The position numbers and the translations under genes are program-made. A model generated the notes under the pieces. The model did no database searches. It saw nothing but the letters and a program-made list of their open reading frames with translations, and had not been told where the DNA came from. 64,000 nucleotides of DNA, taken from an uncultured archaeon. Lineage in GTDB: Archaea; EX4484-52; JAADEF01. The DNA is taken from the NCBI GenBank assembly GCA_964407715.1, contig CAYOWP010000005.1, forward strand, positions 1 through 64,000, given 5' to 3'. Below are positions 29,251-39,827 of this stretch, piece by piece (position 1 is the first letter of the stretch; each line of letters starts with the position of its first letter).

Positions 29251-31139
29251 ACTGTCACCTCCAATCTAACAGGACCATGGAGATAAGGTATATTACCTAT
29301 ACTTGCTGTTTCATTTTTTATTTCAGTGGCATTGATATATCCTCCAAGAACTGCACGTAATCTTTGAATGGCATCATTTATTGCTTCCTCTTTTGAAGGT
29401 AATACATTGCCATATCCAACATGTGATGGTATTAAAATAGTATACTCAAATGAACTTTCTGGAAGATAATCACAACCTGAACATGAATCCTCCATTCTAA
29501 TATAGTTATCTACAGATACATCGAAGTTGACTGGATCAATGTAAATAGTGGAGGGAATGCCTCGTGGAAGATGAGAGCTGAAAACCCGAGTTGTAGGTAT
29601 TGCGCTGCTCCACACATCAACATCAATAGTATAACTGAAAAGCTGGGCAACATGTAGGAATGTGGAAAGCAAAGTATTATCATTGAAATTTATGGTATAT
29701 GTTTTTGGATTTTCTTTATTACCTCCTAAGAGATTGGAGATTGTTATGTCTATTTTTCCATAATAGAGGGAGGTTTCATTGTAGGTATAATTTAAGAATA
29801 CATATGTTGATCCATATGGATCATTCTCTGGATCAGAATATATCTCAGTATATCCATCTCCAGTAAAGTCATCTCCATATGTATTGGCATATACCACTAT
29901 ATAATTTGTACCTTGCTGGGATACAGGTGTTAAATCATAATAGAGATCCATATTTTTTGATGGATGTATAATTTCATCAATTAGATTTCCATTCACATAT
30001 ACTCTTACATCCCAATTATACCACTGCCAATCTTCCCATGACCACCACCACCCTACATCCTCTATATCTCTTAAGGAAAGATGAAAGGTTACATTATTGA
30101 TATGCGAATTTAAAGGTATATAATATTCCATTGTAGCCCATACGCCTGTTTTTCTATTTAGTGTTTCATTAGAAAGAACATCCTCATAATACACATACTT
30201 TTCAACATTTTTCTTTTCCTCATAAAATGAATCATCACTATATGTTATTTCGATTCTGCTACCAGGATGTACATGTGCATTATACTGCGGATTTTTAAAT
30301 CTTAGTGTCAAGGTGTTCCATCCATGGTGAATATGAGGTTTTAGATCCACATATCCAAACATTGCTCTTCCTGTTGCTGCTAATTCATTCCACAACCAAA
30401 CAATATCATCTTTTATATTAACTCCATTGATTGATACTGCATTAAGATCACTTGAGCTTCTTCCTTTATGGATTGAGATATAGAATATTGCTGATGATAA
30501 ATTTTCAGGATACTGCTCATAATAAAATTTCTTTGTTATTGTTAACCATCCTCCTTCATTTCCTGCCCCTTCTGGAGAGATAGGAAATACTAATGTTGTA
30601 TTTTTCTTTATTTTTGTAGCAAATGCTTTTGCTACATATCCCAATGGCTCCTTTGTTTCTTCATAGCCTGTAACAAAAGTATATGCTTTTGATATGTATT
30701 CAGATGATGTGTTTGAGGTTGAATAAACAATAAACTCTTTTGTGCTTGTTGAGAGGGTTATATTTATATAAAAATATTTTGTTAAGTTTGGATAGAGATA
30801 ATCTATGAGATTTTTTATGAGGGTGTAGTTATTTTTATTCCATAACAAGACAATAATCTCATCAATTGACTTGTTATATAATACTTCTTTATCAATATTA
30901 CATGTTGAGGATATCTCATTCTGATATGTACTTGGCAGTGATGAGAACTTAATTTCGTGTAGAGTGGTTATTATATCATGCGCCAATAGATTATTCTTCT
31001 TTTCTTTTATATAGGCATAGATGTTTTCGCTGCTTTCATTATAATAATATATGAATAATCCAAAAATAAAGATACTAAGCAAAGATAAAGCCATGATAGC
31101 ATCATATGTGAATATTATTCCTCTTCTATTTCCAAACAT
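29244..31139 (-). CDS. Large pilus-associated/adhesin-like protein
   Basis: RRG|IIFTYDAIMAL signal; beta-rich extracellular region. Confidence 0.7.
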   Translation of the reverse strand: MFGNRRGIIFTYDAIMALSLLSIFIFGLFIYYYNESSENIYAYIKEKKNNLLAHDIITTLHEIKFSSLPSTYQNEISSTCNIDKEVLYNKSIDEIIVLLWNKNNYTLIKNLIDYLYPNLTKYFYINITLSTSTKEFIVYSTSNTSSEYISKAYTFVTGYEETKEPLGYVAKAFATKIKKNTTLVFPISPEGAGNEGGWLTITKKFYYEQYPENLSSAIFYISIHKGRSSSDLNAVSINGVNIKDDIVWLWNELAATGRAMFGYVDLKPHIHHGWNTLTLRFKNPQYNAHVHPGSRIEITYSDDSFYEEKKNVEKYVYYEDVLSNETLNRKTGVWATMEYYIPLNSHINNVTFHLSLRDIEDVGWWWSWEDWQWYNWDVRVYVNGNLIDEIIHPSKNMDLYYDLTPVSQQGTNYIVVYANTYGDDFTGDGYTEIYSDPENDPYGSTYVFLNYTYNETSLYYGKIDITISNLLGGNKENPKTYTINFNDNTLLSTFLHVAQLFSYTIDVDVWSSAIPTTRVFSSHLPRGIPSTIYIDPVNFDVSVDNYIRMEDSCSGCDYLPESSFEYTILIPSHVGYGNVLPSKEEAINDAIQRLRAVLGGYINATEIKNETASIGNIPYLHGPVRLEVTVW

Positions 31140-31623
31140 AAATCTCGACCCTCACTACAGTTTGATTTAATATGCCTATTCTTGTTATCTTAAAAACATC
31201 CTGCGAAAAATAAGGATACTTCCCATATGAAAAAACGCTTTTTGTATTATTAAAATATGTGATGTTAATGAAGAAGTGATATTCCTCATTTGGCATAAAA
31301 AACCTTTTACTTTTATTATAAGGCATACTACTTAAGAACATAAGTTTTGTGAAATTTATCACATTTTCCTTACCCGTTGAAAAACCAATCATTTTTACGT
31401 TATGAGGATCCCAATTTTCCGGATTTCCAGTATAGGATAATATGTAATATCCGATATTTTTTGCTAAATTCTCAACCATATATGTTTCTTTATAATTCTC
31501 GCTTTTTTCAAACATGACATTTCCCATAAAGAACACGATACATATTAAAACTATAAAGATGGCTAATGAAAATACAAAATCTGGTAGCAATACCTGAGCC
31601 TTTGATTTAATATGGGAACACAT
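31126..31623 (-). CDS. Minor pilin-like protein
   Basis: KAQ|VLLPDFVFSLAIF; GNPENW motif. Confidence 0.7.
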   Translation of the reverse strand: MCSHIKSKAQVLLPDFVFSLAIFIVLICIVFFMGNVMFEKSENYKETYMVENLAKNIGYYILSYTGNPENWDPHNVKMIGFSTGKENVINFTKLMFLSSMPYNKSKRFFMPNEEYHFFINITYFNNTKSVFSYGKYPYFSQDVFKITRIGILNQTVVRVEIYVWK

Positions 31624-32026
31624 AAATTACACCTTTTTTATTTTCAATTCTATGTTTCTTTCCTGGTATTACGGTTATATTTATTTCGCTAACTGTAAGT
31701 TTTTGTGTATATGTTACATTTTGAATATCGACCACTATTAAATTGTTTGAGTATGTGAGAATATAGTCTTTGTTTGATATCTTTTGAGGAAATGTGTGGT
31801 TAAGATAAAAGCCATCTCCTTGCATATATACATATTGAATCATATCACTTAACCTACTTAAAAATTCCTGAAGGTTATTTTCTTTTATTTTTTCTGTGAG
31901 ATCATATCTTGTATATAATACAAAAGAATAAATAGTTATTGCTAAGAGAATAGCAGTGATATAAAACATAAATTCCAATGATACTTGGGCTTTTCTTTTA
32001 GACTCATGAAAGCTTAACGAAATCAT
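31607..32026 (-). CDS. Pilin-like protein (class III signal, QxSxEF)
   Basis: RKAQVSLEFMF. Confidence 0.8.
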   Translation of the reverse strand: MISLSFHESKRKAQVSLEFMFYITAILLAITIYSFVLYTRYDLTEKIKENNLQEFLSRLSDMIQYVYMQGDGFYLNHTFPQKISNKDYILTYSNNLIVVDIQNVTYTQKLTVSEINITVIPGKKHRIENKKGVIYVFPY

Positions 32027-32474
32027 ATTTTACACCATCCTCTAATGATGTTATTATAAGTTTATATCTTCCATATGTATTTGGAAGAGAGGAAAAAGAG
32101 ATATTAAAAGGTAAATCTATAAAGAAATCTTCTTCGCCATAACTCATACGGGCTCTTATGACAATGAATCTATTATTCTCAATTCCAAAGTATTCCATAT
32201 TTGAAGGTAATATGATGTATATTGTTTTTTTAGAATTTGTTCCTTGATTATAAACAGACATAGAGTTTATTTTTATTTCCTTTAGAGTATCCTTAATCAT
32301 GATGGCTGATCTTATATCAGAGATATCTGTTTTATATTCTATGGAAAGATATATAATGGGTAAAAGAATAAGCATCCCCATTCCCACAATAATCAGGAAT
32401 TCCAAACTTGCCTGCGATAATAGCATAGCATAGTTTTTTCTCTTTTTCACATTCATAAACATAAATAATGACAT
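32004..32474 (-). CDS. Pilin-like protein (class III signal, QxSxEF)
   Basis: SQASLEFLIIVG. Confidence 0.75.
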   Translation of the reverse strand: MSLFMFMNVKKRKNYAMLLSQASLEFLIIVGMGMLILLPIIYLSIEYKTDISDIRSAIMIKDTLKEIKINSMSVYNQGTNSKKTIYIILPSNMEYFGIENNRFIVIRARMSYGEEDFFIDLPFNISFSSLPNTYGRYKLIITSLEDGVKYDFVKLS

Positions 32475-32499
32475 CTAAGTTATATAAACTTTTCATAGC

Positions 32500-32820
32500 G
32501 ATTATGAAGCAAGTAACCTCTCAACAATGTTAACCTACTCCAAAACCTTTCGAATAGTCTAGCTTCCCATTAACAAATTGTTCAATAATTTTTTGATGAG
32601 GATTTATACTCAGTCAATGAGCAGCAGTAGAGCAGCTAACCTTTTGAAGAGGTTAGCATGCCACAAAACCTGTAGTAATAGCGATTTTTTCCGGTTAACA
32701 AAATCATTTAAAATGGTTAACGGGAAAACATAGCCCCTATTCAAAGGGTTAACTTGCTCTCATCCGCTTCTTTAAGAGGCTATTTTTCCGCTTAACAATA
32801 GAGAATTATTGGATAATGCC
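32500..32820. mobile_element. MITE-like/hairpin composite element
   Basis: Degenerate hairpin unit, then ATTGTTCAATAAT at 32577, the shared internal block, and right TIR ATTATTGGATAATGCC. Confidence 0.8.
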
Positions 32821-32870
32821 AATAAAAAGATAGAAATTTATTTATATCTTACCCTACTTTAAATATTATT

Positions 32871-33308
32871 ATGGTTAGAAAATCGCAAAAAAGTGATGTG
32901 GATTATGTTATAGAATCTTGGGTAAAGGAACAATTGGAAGAGGGAGAGAATCCAGAGATAATAAAAGAATCTCTTATCATATTAAATCGAGACCCAAGAA
33001 TAGTGGATAAGATTCTAAAGAGCGTGAAACCTAAAAAGAAGGAGTTAAAGAAAGAGGTCAAGAAAGATGTGCTTTCTGTTCCTGCAGGAAATGTTATAGA
33101 GCAGGAACATGTAAGGATAAATATTCCGCATGAATTGTTACCTCAAGATGAAGATTTATTTACTTTGGAACATAAAAAGCCTATAAGTGATCTTAAGATA
33201 AAGGAGATTGCCATAAAAAAGAAATTTAAGAGCATATTTCCATTGGTGCTTATGCTTATAGGAGCCTCATTGATTTTGATTGGTGTTTATATATATTTCT
33301 ATCTCTAA
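32871..33308 (+). CDS. Hypothetical protein with C-terminal TM anchor
   Basis: 145 aa, hydrophobic C-terminus. Confidence 0.65.
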   Translation: MVRKSQKSDVDYVIESWVKEQLEEGENPEIIKESLIILNRDPRIVDKILKSVKPKKKELKKEVKKDVLSVPAGNVIEQEHVRINIPHELLPQDEDLFTLEHKKPISDLKIKEIAIKKKFKSIFPLVLMLIGASLILIGVYIYFYL

Positions 33309-33332
33309 TTTTTTGTATGAAGGGTAATCAAA

Positions 33333-33590
33333 ATGGATGTAAAATTTCCAAGGATAGAGGACACAAGTTATTTTACAGTTAGAAAAATAAAGGATGAGAA
33401 TGGAAATGAAGTTGGTAGGGTGATAATGTATAGATTGAAAGGAAAAAAGGAATTTACATTCTATATGTTATGTCCAAGATGTAAAAAAGAAAGTGTAGGA
33501 AAAAAGGAATTCAAAAGGAGACCTTATAGAGTAGAATGTAAATATTGTGGTTATAAATACACAATAGAAAAAATAAGACCTAAGAAATAG
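33333..33590 (+). CDS. Small Zn-ribbon protein
   Basis: CPRC...CKYC. Confidence 0.7.
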   Translation: MDVKFPRIEDTSYFTVRKIKDENGNEVGRVIMYRLKGKKEFTFYMLCPRCKKESVGKKEFKRRPYRVECKYCGYKYTIEKIRPKK

Positions 33591-33652
33591 AGAAACTCAT
33601 TCTCAATGAAAATTTTATAAATTTATCCTTGCTTATATATTATAATACATAA

Positions 33653-33776
33653 GGGGCGGTAGCTCAGCCTGGGAGAGCGCCAGACTGAAGACAACTTGCA
33701 AAGAAAATATGAGAATATCTTAGCAAGGCACTTGGCAGATATCTGGTTGTCGCGGGTTCGAATCCCGCCTGCCCCA
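33653..33776 (+). tRNA. tRNA-Phe(GAA) with 50-nt intron at 37/38 (33691-33740)
   Basis: GGGGCGG/CTGCCCC acceptor, TAGCTCAG, CCAGA-CT-GAA-G[intron]A-TCTGG, GGTTCGAATCC. Confidence 0.92.
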
Positions 33777-33842
33777 TTATCTTCTCCTTATTATAATTTC
33801 ATTTTACAGAAAGTGATAATTGCGCAAATATAAGAAAAAAGA

Positions 33843-33970
33843 AGCCCCGGGAGGGATTCGAACCCCCGACCACGTGATTTCTTGCCATTCTGAAAAGGTT
33901 ACGAGTATCGCGCTTCCTTGCTTCTGAGCAAGGTTACAAGTCACGCGCTCTACCGCTGAGCTACCGGGGC
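33843..33970 (-). tRNA. tRNA-Thr(TGT) with 56-nt intron at 37/38 (33879-33934)
   Basis: GCCCCGG acceptor, CGTGA-CT-TGT-A[intron]A-TCACG, BHB helix CTTG/CAAG, GGTTCGAATCC. Confidence 0.92.
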
Positions 33971-34021
33971 ATATCAAAATACTTACATAGAATTATTTCC
34001 CTCAGTAATTTAAAAATTTTA

Positions 34022-34456
34022 TTATTTTATGATATATCGAGTAATAAAATCATAAGCCCTCTTAAGTACTTTTCTCGAGTTTTCATAGGAAAGTAGTTTG
34101 ATTCCTTCCTCATGCGAGACCCATCTGAAACCTGTATGTTCAAAGCTGATTTTCACTTCCTTTTTTTCTACTTCTCCCAAAAAGAAATATACCTTCTTAA
34201 ATCTTCTTTCTCCTTTTTCAACATAATAATAAGAAATCTTTTCCATAAAACCAGGATAAACCTTAATTTTCTTTATTCCTGCCTCTTCCTCCAATTCTCT
34301 TTTTGCCCCTTCTATTAGTGATTCTCCTTTTTCTATATGCCCTTTTGGGAAGTCCCAATGACCCTTTGAATTTAATAAAAGAAGAAATTCAATTTCTTTC
34401 TTTTCCTTATTAAAATAAAAAACAACAAAACCAGCTGAGATTTCTTTTATGGTCAT
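34022..34456 (-). CDS. Nudix hydrolase, Ap4A hydrolase-like
   Basis: WDFPKGHIEKGES...AKRELEEEAGI Nudix box; SFEH. Confidence 0.9.
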   Translation of the reverse strand: MTIKEISAGFVVFYFNKEKKEIEFLLLLNSKGHWDFPKGHIEKGESLIEGAKRELEEEAGIKKIKVYPGFMEKISYYYVEKGERRFKKVYFFLGEVEKKEVKISFEHTGFRWVSHEEGIKLLSYENSRKVLKRAYDFITRYIIK

Positions 34457-34603
34457 AATCTCAATAAGTATCTAATCAAAAATATATATTGCAATGTATT
34501 CACTAAATCATAGTAAAATTTTTAAATAGAAAGGGATATATTATATATTAACTTTAAAGTAGTTATAACTACTTTATAATGAATATTTAGAGAGGGTGAA
34601 AAT

Positions 34604-34780
34604 ATGGCGGAGGGAGATACAGTAACCATAGAGCAACTTATGAAAATGAAAAAAATGGCATTAGAAAACAACAATTTTAAGGAAGTTGAAAAGATAAACA
34701 AAATAATTGCCTTGAAGATGGGCAAGAGAAAGCCAATTATTAAAGGGAGAAAACCTAAGATATTAAAACTATTACTTTGA
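34604..34780 (+). CDS. Small basic hypothetical protein, 58 aa (missing from ORF track)
   Basis: MAEGDTVTIEQLMKMKKMALENNNFKEVEKINKIIALKMGKRKPIIKGRKPKILKLLL*; GAGGGTGA RBS. Confidence 0.6.
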   Translation: MAEGDTVTIEQLMKMKKMALENNNFKEVEKINKIIALKMGKRKPIIKGRKPKILKLLL

Positions 34781-34788
34781 TTGCTTTA

Positions 34789-35010
34789 TTAGACCTCCTT
34801 TATTTTTCTTTTCATAACAAATTTAACATCTTCTTCTTTGACAGTTAATCTGCCAGCATGTTCTGATGCATCAACTATTTCACGTGCTAATAGCAAAGCT
34901 ATATGCTCCAATAATCCAGCAAATTCTTCTGCCGCACGAGATGATACTCTCTTAGCCCCTGCCTTTTTGAGAATTTTCTCTGCACCCAATATAGAGATTA
35001 CACCTGCCAT
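34789..35010 (-). CDS. Archaeal histone-fold protein
   Basis: KILKKAGAKRVS...HAGRLTVKEEDV. Confidence 0.9.
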   Translation of the reverse strand: MAGVISILGAEKILKKAGAKRVSSRAAEEFAGLLEHIALLLAREIVDASEHAGRLTVKEEDVKFVMKRKIKEV

Positions 35011-35077
35011 ATATAGTTTATAGAAGTAATCAAATTTATAAATTATTTATAAAGATTCATGTATAAAGATATATAAT

Positions 35078-36322
35078 ATGGATATTGGATTTTTCATATG
35101 GGAATATCCTCCACATCTTGTTGGTGGACTAGGCACATATGCAAGAGAGATAACACGAATAATGAGAAAGAGAGGGCATAGAATCTCAGTATTTACGCTT
35201 AATGTAAGAAAAAATCCTCATGAGTTTTCCTTTCCTCCTTTTTCTATACAAGACAATATAGAGGTACATAGACCTTACATATTGGATATGCAAGATATTC
35301 TCTATATACTTTCTGATGAATTAAAGAGATGGGGAGAAGGTATAAATCTATTTAATGACATATTTGCATATAATTTTTTATCTGCAAGTAAATTTATTAA
35401 TAAATTGCAATATGAGGAAAATTATGACATAATAAGCATCCATGATTGGTTATCATCAATAGCAGGAATCCTGATAAAAAGAAACACCAATTTTCCTGTG
35501 GTATTTCATGTTCATTCAACAGAGGAATTGAGGTCGAATCTCTCTAACACAATAAAATCATTTGAACACAAAATGGGAAGTATGGCAGAGAAAATAATAA
35601 CAGTATCATATGCCATGAAACAACATATGGTGGAGATAGGATATCCAGAAGAAAAAATAGAGGTTGTATGGAATGGCATAGACCCAAGTATTTTTGATCC
35701 AAAGAGAGTGAAGAAAGAACTAAGAGAAAAATGGAAAGAACACTACAAGATTGATGATAAAACAAAGGTAATACTATATGTTGGAAGATTAACTTATATA
35801 AAAGGAGTTGAGAATTTGGTTAGGTCTTTGCCACATGTGTTAAGAGAAAAGGAAAATGTTAAATTAGTAATTGTTGGAATAGGAGAGGAAAGGGATAAAT
35901 TAATCAATCTATCTTATGAATTGGGCATAAAAGATAAAGTTGCGATTACATCTAAATGGTTATCTATTGAGGATTTACTTGCACATTATTCTATAGCTGA
36001 TGTTTGTGTATTTCCATCTCTATCTGAACCTTTTGGTATAGTTTCCTTAGAAGCTATGGCAATGGAGAAGCCTGTTGTGGTTGGTGCTAAAGGAGTATCA
36101 GGATTTGCAGAGCAAGTGATCAATGAAGGAGAAGGAAAATGTGGTGTTCATATAAATCCAGCAGATCCACAGGATATCGCTAAGGGAATCTTAGAAGTGT
36201 TAAATAACGAGGAAAGTGCGAAAGAATGGGGGAAAAACGGAAGGAAGAGAGTAGTGGAGATGTTTACATTGGAGGAGACTGTGGATAAGACACTTAAGAT
36301 TTATGAGGAACTTATTAGATAA
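35078..36322 (+). CDS. GT4 glycosyltransferase (glycogen synthase-like)
   Basis: WEYPPHLVGGLG, HDWL, VGRL...KG, EPFGIVSLEAMA. Confidence 0.9.
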   Translation: MDIGFFIWEYPPHLVGGLGTYAREITRIMRKRGHRISVFTLNVRKNPHEFSFPPFSIQDNIEVHRPYILDMQDILYILSDELKRWGEGINLFNDIFAYNFLSASKFINKLQYEENYDIISIHDWLSSIAGILIKRNTNFPVVFHVHSTEELRSNLSNTIKSFEHKMGSMAEKIITVSYAMKQHMVEIGYPEEKIEVVWNGIDPSIFDPKRVKKELREKWKEHYKIDDKTKVILYVGRLTYIKGVENLVRSLPHVLREKENVKLVIVGIGEERDKLINLSYELGIKDKVAITSKWLSIEDLLAHYSIADVCVFPSLSEPFGIVSLEAMAMEKPVVVGAKGVSGFAEQVINEGEGKCGVHINPADPQDIAKGILEVLNNEESAKEWGKNGRKRVVEMFTLEETVDKTLKIYEELIR

Positions 36323-36358
36323 AATTTAAAAACCTAAATAACATAATAAGATAAATTT

Positions 36359-36736
36359 ATGAAAAGAGAAGAGAAGAGGAAAATAATTCGAAAAATCATT
36401 CATAATATATTGAGAGAGAAAGATGGGCTAACATTAACAGGACTCTATAAAGAGATAAAAAATTATCAAAAAAGGATAGGAATTAAAACATTAAAGGAGA
36501 TAATATTTGATGATCCTAATATAAAAGTAATTTTTCATTCCAAAACCAATAAAGATAAAGATTTTCTATCACTAAAAAGCTGTATAATTTGTGGAAACAA
36601 AGAGCTTGTGAACATCTTTGAGAGGGATTTAAAGGGAGGATCACATATCATTGCAAAAAAATGTAAGAGATGCGGGATGATATATAAAGGAAATAAAACC
36701 AGTATAAGGTGCTATGAAATTTTCTTAGTTTCTTAG
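36359..36736 (+). CDS. Basic HTH-like plus Zn-ribbon hypothetical protein
   Basis: CIICG...CKRCG. Confidence 0.6.
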   Translation: MKREEKRKIIRKIIHNILREKDGLTLTGLYKEIKNYQKRIGIKTLKEIIFDDPNIKVIFHSKTNKDKDFLSLKSCIICGNKELVNIFERDLKGGSHIIAKKCKRCGMIYKGNKTSIRCYEIFLVS

Positions 36737-36781
36737 ATTCCTTAGGTTATTTTAATATATTCTAAGAAACTATATATTTTT

Positions 36782-37828
36782 ATGGTTCTTTCTTTTGAAA
36801 TCGGTGCTAATAAAGTTATTATAGATATAGGAAATGAGAATCTTGTAGTTTTTTTAGTTATGTCCATCGTGATTCTTCATCTTTTGGTTCTTAAGCAAAT
36901 AAGAAAAAGAACAATAAAATTTGCTAATTATGAAACATTAAAAAAAGCGATAGGGTATGAGATACTAAAAAGCAATATCCTTGTTTTAATTATGAGAATA
37001 CTCATAGTGATATCTTTGATTTTGGCACTTTATAAGTTTAATATTGAGGTGATAAAACCGGTTAGCGATGTGGATTTTGTAATTGCATTGGATATATCAC
37101 AAACAATGCTAAATTCCGATAATGGAGCATTTTTACCGAATAAATTAGAGGTAGCTAAGCAAACATCAAAAGAGATAATCCGCGTATTGCCTGAAAGAAC
37201 AAAGATAGGAGTGGTTACTTTTTCAGGAAAGGCATATATAGATCAACCTTTAACAGATAACAAAGAGATGTTATTTCAATCCATAGATAAGATAGACTCT
37301 AAACCACCTGCAGGCACTGTTATAGGAGATGCGATAGTTGCAGGGACAATATTGCTTGCTAATTCCACAAAAACAAAGAAATCTATAGTTCTTATTACAG
37401 ATGGAAGACAAACAGAAGGATTAGGAGTTGATATTAATGAGTCCTTGGAATATGCTAAAAGGAACGGAATAATCATTAATACTATTGGTCTTGGTAGGAA
37501 AAATAGGACATCCATAAACCTTACAGGTATAGATATTGAGAAATTGAATATTCCTGAGGAGATAAAGGAGCAAATTCTCAAGATGGAGAACAAAAGTTTT
37601 AATATCACTGCATTGGATGAGGAAACATTGAAATATATTGCCAATGTTACCAATGGAAAATATTATTATGTGGAAAATCAGACGTATTTTAAGGAGGCAT
37701 TTAGTGAGGTTATTCTTAAATTCAACAGCATAACCATAGATGCAAGAAGATATGCTTTACTACTTGCTGCCATTTTATTGCTTATAGAGTATTCTCTTGG
37801 CGCAACAAAATACAAGACGATACCTTAA
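36782..37828 (+). CDS. Membrane-anchored vWA domain protein (BatA-like)
   Basis: DISQTM MIDAS-like, LITDG, TNGKYY; N- and C-terminal TM helices. Confidence 0.85.
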   Translation: MVLSFEIGANKVIIDIGNENLVVFLVMSIVILHLLVLKQIRKRTIKFANYETLKKAIGYEILKSNILVLIMRILIVISLILALYKFNIEVIKPVSDVDFVIALDISQTMLNSDNGAFLPNKLEVAKQTSKEIIRVLPERTKIGVVTFSGKAYIDQPLTDNKEMLFQSIDKIDSKPPAGTVIGDAIVAGTILLANSTKTKKSIVLITDGRQTEGLGVDINESLEYAKRNGIIINTIGLGRKNRTSINLTGIDIEKLNIPEEIKEQILKMENKSFNITALDEETLKYIANVTNGKYYYVENQTYFKEAFSEVILKFNSITIDARRYALLLAAILLLIEYSLGATKYKTIP

Positions 37829-37898
37829 ATATGCTTCAGTTTACTAATAGCGCAAGGAAAACTGCTCAAGTGCTTGGAAGATGATATTATCCTTAAGA

Positions 37899-37973
37899 TG
37901 GTCCCCGAGGGATTCGAACCCTCGACCTCCACGTTATCAGCGTGGCGCTCTAACCAAGCTGAGCTAGGGGACC
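37899..37973 (-). tRNA. tRNA-Ile(GAT), no intron
   Basis: GGTCCCC/GGGGACC acceptor, CCACG-CT-GAT-AA-CGTGG, GGTTCGAATCC. Confidence 0.95.
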
Positions 37974-38023
37974 TTATTATAAAAAATTAATAAGATAGAG
38001 CATTTTAAAAATTTTTATTAGGA

Positions 38024-38596
38024 TTAGATTTTAGAGTGTTTCTTTAGAATATCATCAATTATTTTTATCATATCCTCCCTGCCCACATAATCTCTATTTC
38101 TGATTAATTCTTCTTCGAGATCAAATACATAATTTAGCCATGCAAATATGATATCACGAGCTTTCAAGAAATCCTCATCAGAAGCCCCCTCAAGTGCATT
38201 TTTAAGCATAACAAGGGAATGTATTGCTTCTTTGTTGTTTAATATACTCCAAAAAGGATATCTTTCAAAATAAGTTCCCTTCATTATATCATTTAGATAT
38301 GTTAGAACCACATAATCTATATCATCTATGCTTTTAAGATTTAATACATTCAGAAGATCCTTTTTATGATATTTAAGCATGAGATCCACTATGCTCTTTT
38401 GTGGTGTGATCTCTTCCTCATGGCTTGTGCCAAGATAATTTTCCTCATATTCGCGTGCTGTGTCAGAAATAATTTCTTGATTTTCCTCTTCTTTTTTTCT
38501 TTTTTTATGAAGATATGTCAAAATAATGAATACAAAAGCTCCAAGAATTACAATTAAAAGAATTACCAAAAAAATAAGACGAACATAATCCTTCAT
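38024..38596 (-). CDS. Hypothetical protein with N-terminal TM anchor
   Basis: 190 aa ORF. Confidence 0.65.
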   Translation of the reverse strand: MKDYVRLIFLVILLIVILGAFVFIILTYLHKKRKKEEENQEIISDTAREYEENYLGTSHEEEITPQKSIVDLMLKYHKKDLLNVLNLKSIDDIDYVVLTYLNDIMKGTYFERYPFWSILNNKEAIHSLVMLKNALEGASDEDFLKARDIIFAWLNYVFDLEEELIRNRDYVGREDMIKIIDDILKKHSKI

Positions 38597-38636
38597 AAAT
38601 CTATTATAAATCCCAATGTCTCATATATAGTTTATT

Positions 38637-39827
38637 ATGTTGCTTAACACAGAAAAACTTACTCCATGGAGAAAAATTTCAGCATTATGGAAATATCAAC
38701 CTGAGGATTTTATTGTTAAAGAAATTTCAAGGAGATATGGGTTATTAGACTTCTCAAAAAAATACAGTTTTGATGAGACATCACATGGAGACCATCTTAT
38801 ATGTGTTTTTATAAAGAAGAATATGGAGACATTTCAGATGATAAAAAGCATAGCTCTTATGCTTAACATTTCTTCCCAAAGAATAAGTTTGGCAGGTGTG
38901 AAAGATAAAAAAGCATGGACGATACAACTTGGAAGTATATATAAAATCAAAAAAGAAAAAATAAATTTTATCAGAGATAAACTTAAGAATTGTGATGTCA
39001 TACCAATTTGTTATGCTGATAAAAAGGTGTATCTTGGTGAGTTGGATGGAAACTTTTTTGAGATTACTCTTAGGTGTATTAATAAGAGAGATGTAGAATA
39101 TTTTAAGGAAATCATGATTAAATATGAGAAAGAATATGATTTCTATTTTCCTAATTATTATGGTATCCAGAGATTCGGTAGTGAAGAGAACTCAACCGCT
39201 AAATTAGGATATCTTCTTTTAAAAAGAGACTATGAAAGATTCATCTTAGAATATCTTTCTATTACAGATGCAAAAAATAGCCTAAAGAATCTTTCTTCTG
39301 AAGAAATTGAAAAGCTCAGGGAAAAGTTGCGAAACAAGTATCATGAGAAAAGAGTTTTTGATTATCTTCTCTATCATAACATGGAAGATATAATTGGAGC
39401 CATCAGAACCATACCTATACCTTTATTGAAAATGTTTGTCAATGCATATCAAAGCCATATTTTTAATATGGTGCTTTCAAAGATTATAAAAGAGAAAAAA
39501 TCTGAGTGGCATGAACTAAAAAATAAGAAAATTCCTATTCCAGGAAGCGGCTATGAGTCATTTGCATTGAAGGGAGAGTATGAGGGATATATAATGGAAA
39601 TTTTGGAGAAAGAAAAGATAACATTTGAAGATTTCAAATTTCCTGAACTGAATTTTGAGAGTAAAGGGACAGGAAGAGAGATTCTCACAAAACCTGCAAA
39701 TATAACATACTTGATTGAAAAAGATGAGATTTTTAAAAGGAAATATAAGATTATTCTCAAATTTAGCTTAACAAAAGGCTCGTACGCATCTTCTTTCCTA
39801 GAAGAAATTTTTGATCTCTCCTATTAA
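38637..39827 (+). CDS. truD: tRNA pseudouridine(13) synthase TruD
   Basis: PEDFIVKE, AGVKDKKA, GNFFEI, PNYYGIQRFG, AYQSHIFN, KGSYAS. Confidence 0.93.
   Translation: MLLNTEKLTPWRKISALWKYQPEDFIVKEISRRYGLLDFSKKYSFDETSHGDHLICVFIKKNMETFQMIKSIALMLNISSQRISLAGVKDKKAWTIQLGSIYKIKKEKINFIRDKLKNCDVIPICYADKKVYLGELDGNFFEITLRCINKRDVEYFKEIMIKYEKEYDFYFPNYYGIQRFGSEENSTAKLGYLLLKRDYERFILEYLSITDAKNSLKNLSSEEIEKLREKLRNKYHEKRVFDYLLYHNMEDIIGAIRTIPIPLLKMFVNAYQSHIFNMVLSKIIKEKKSEWHELKNKKIPIPGSGYESFALKGEYEGYIMEILEKEKITFEDFKFPELNFESKGTGREILTKPANITYLIEKDEIFKRKYKIILKFSLTKGSYASSFLEEIFDLSY

Noticed and set aside
37829-37898. Possible small RNA between the vWA gene and tRNA-Ile
   Set aside because: No convincing C/D box pair or stable stem could be identified by eye.
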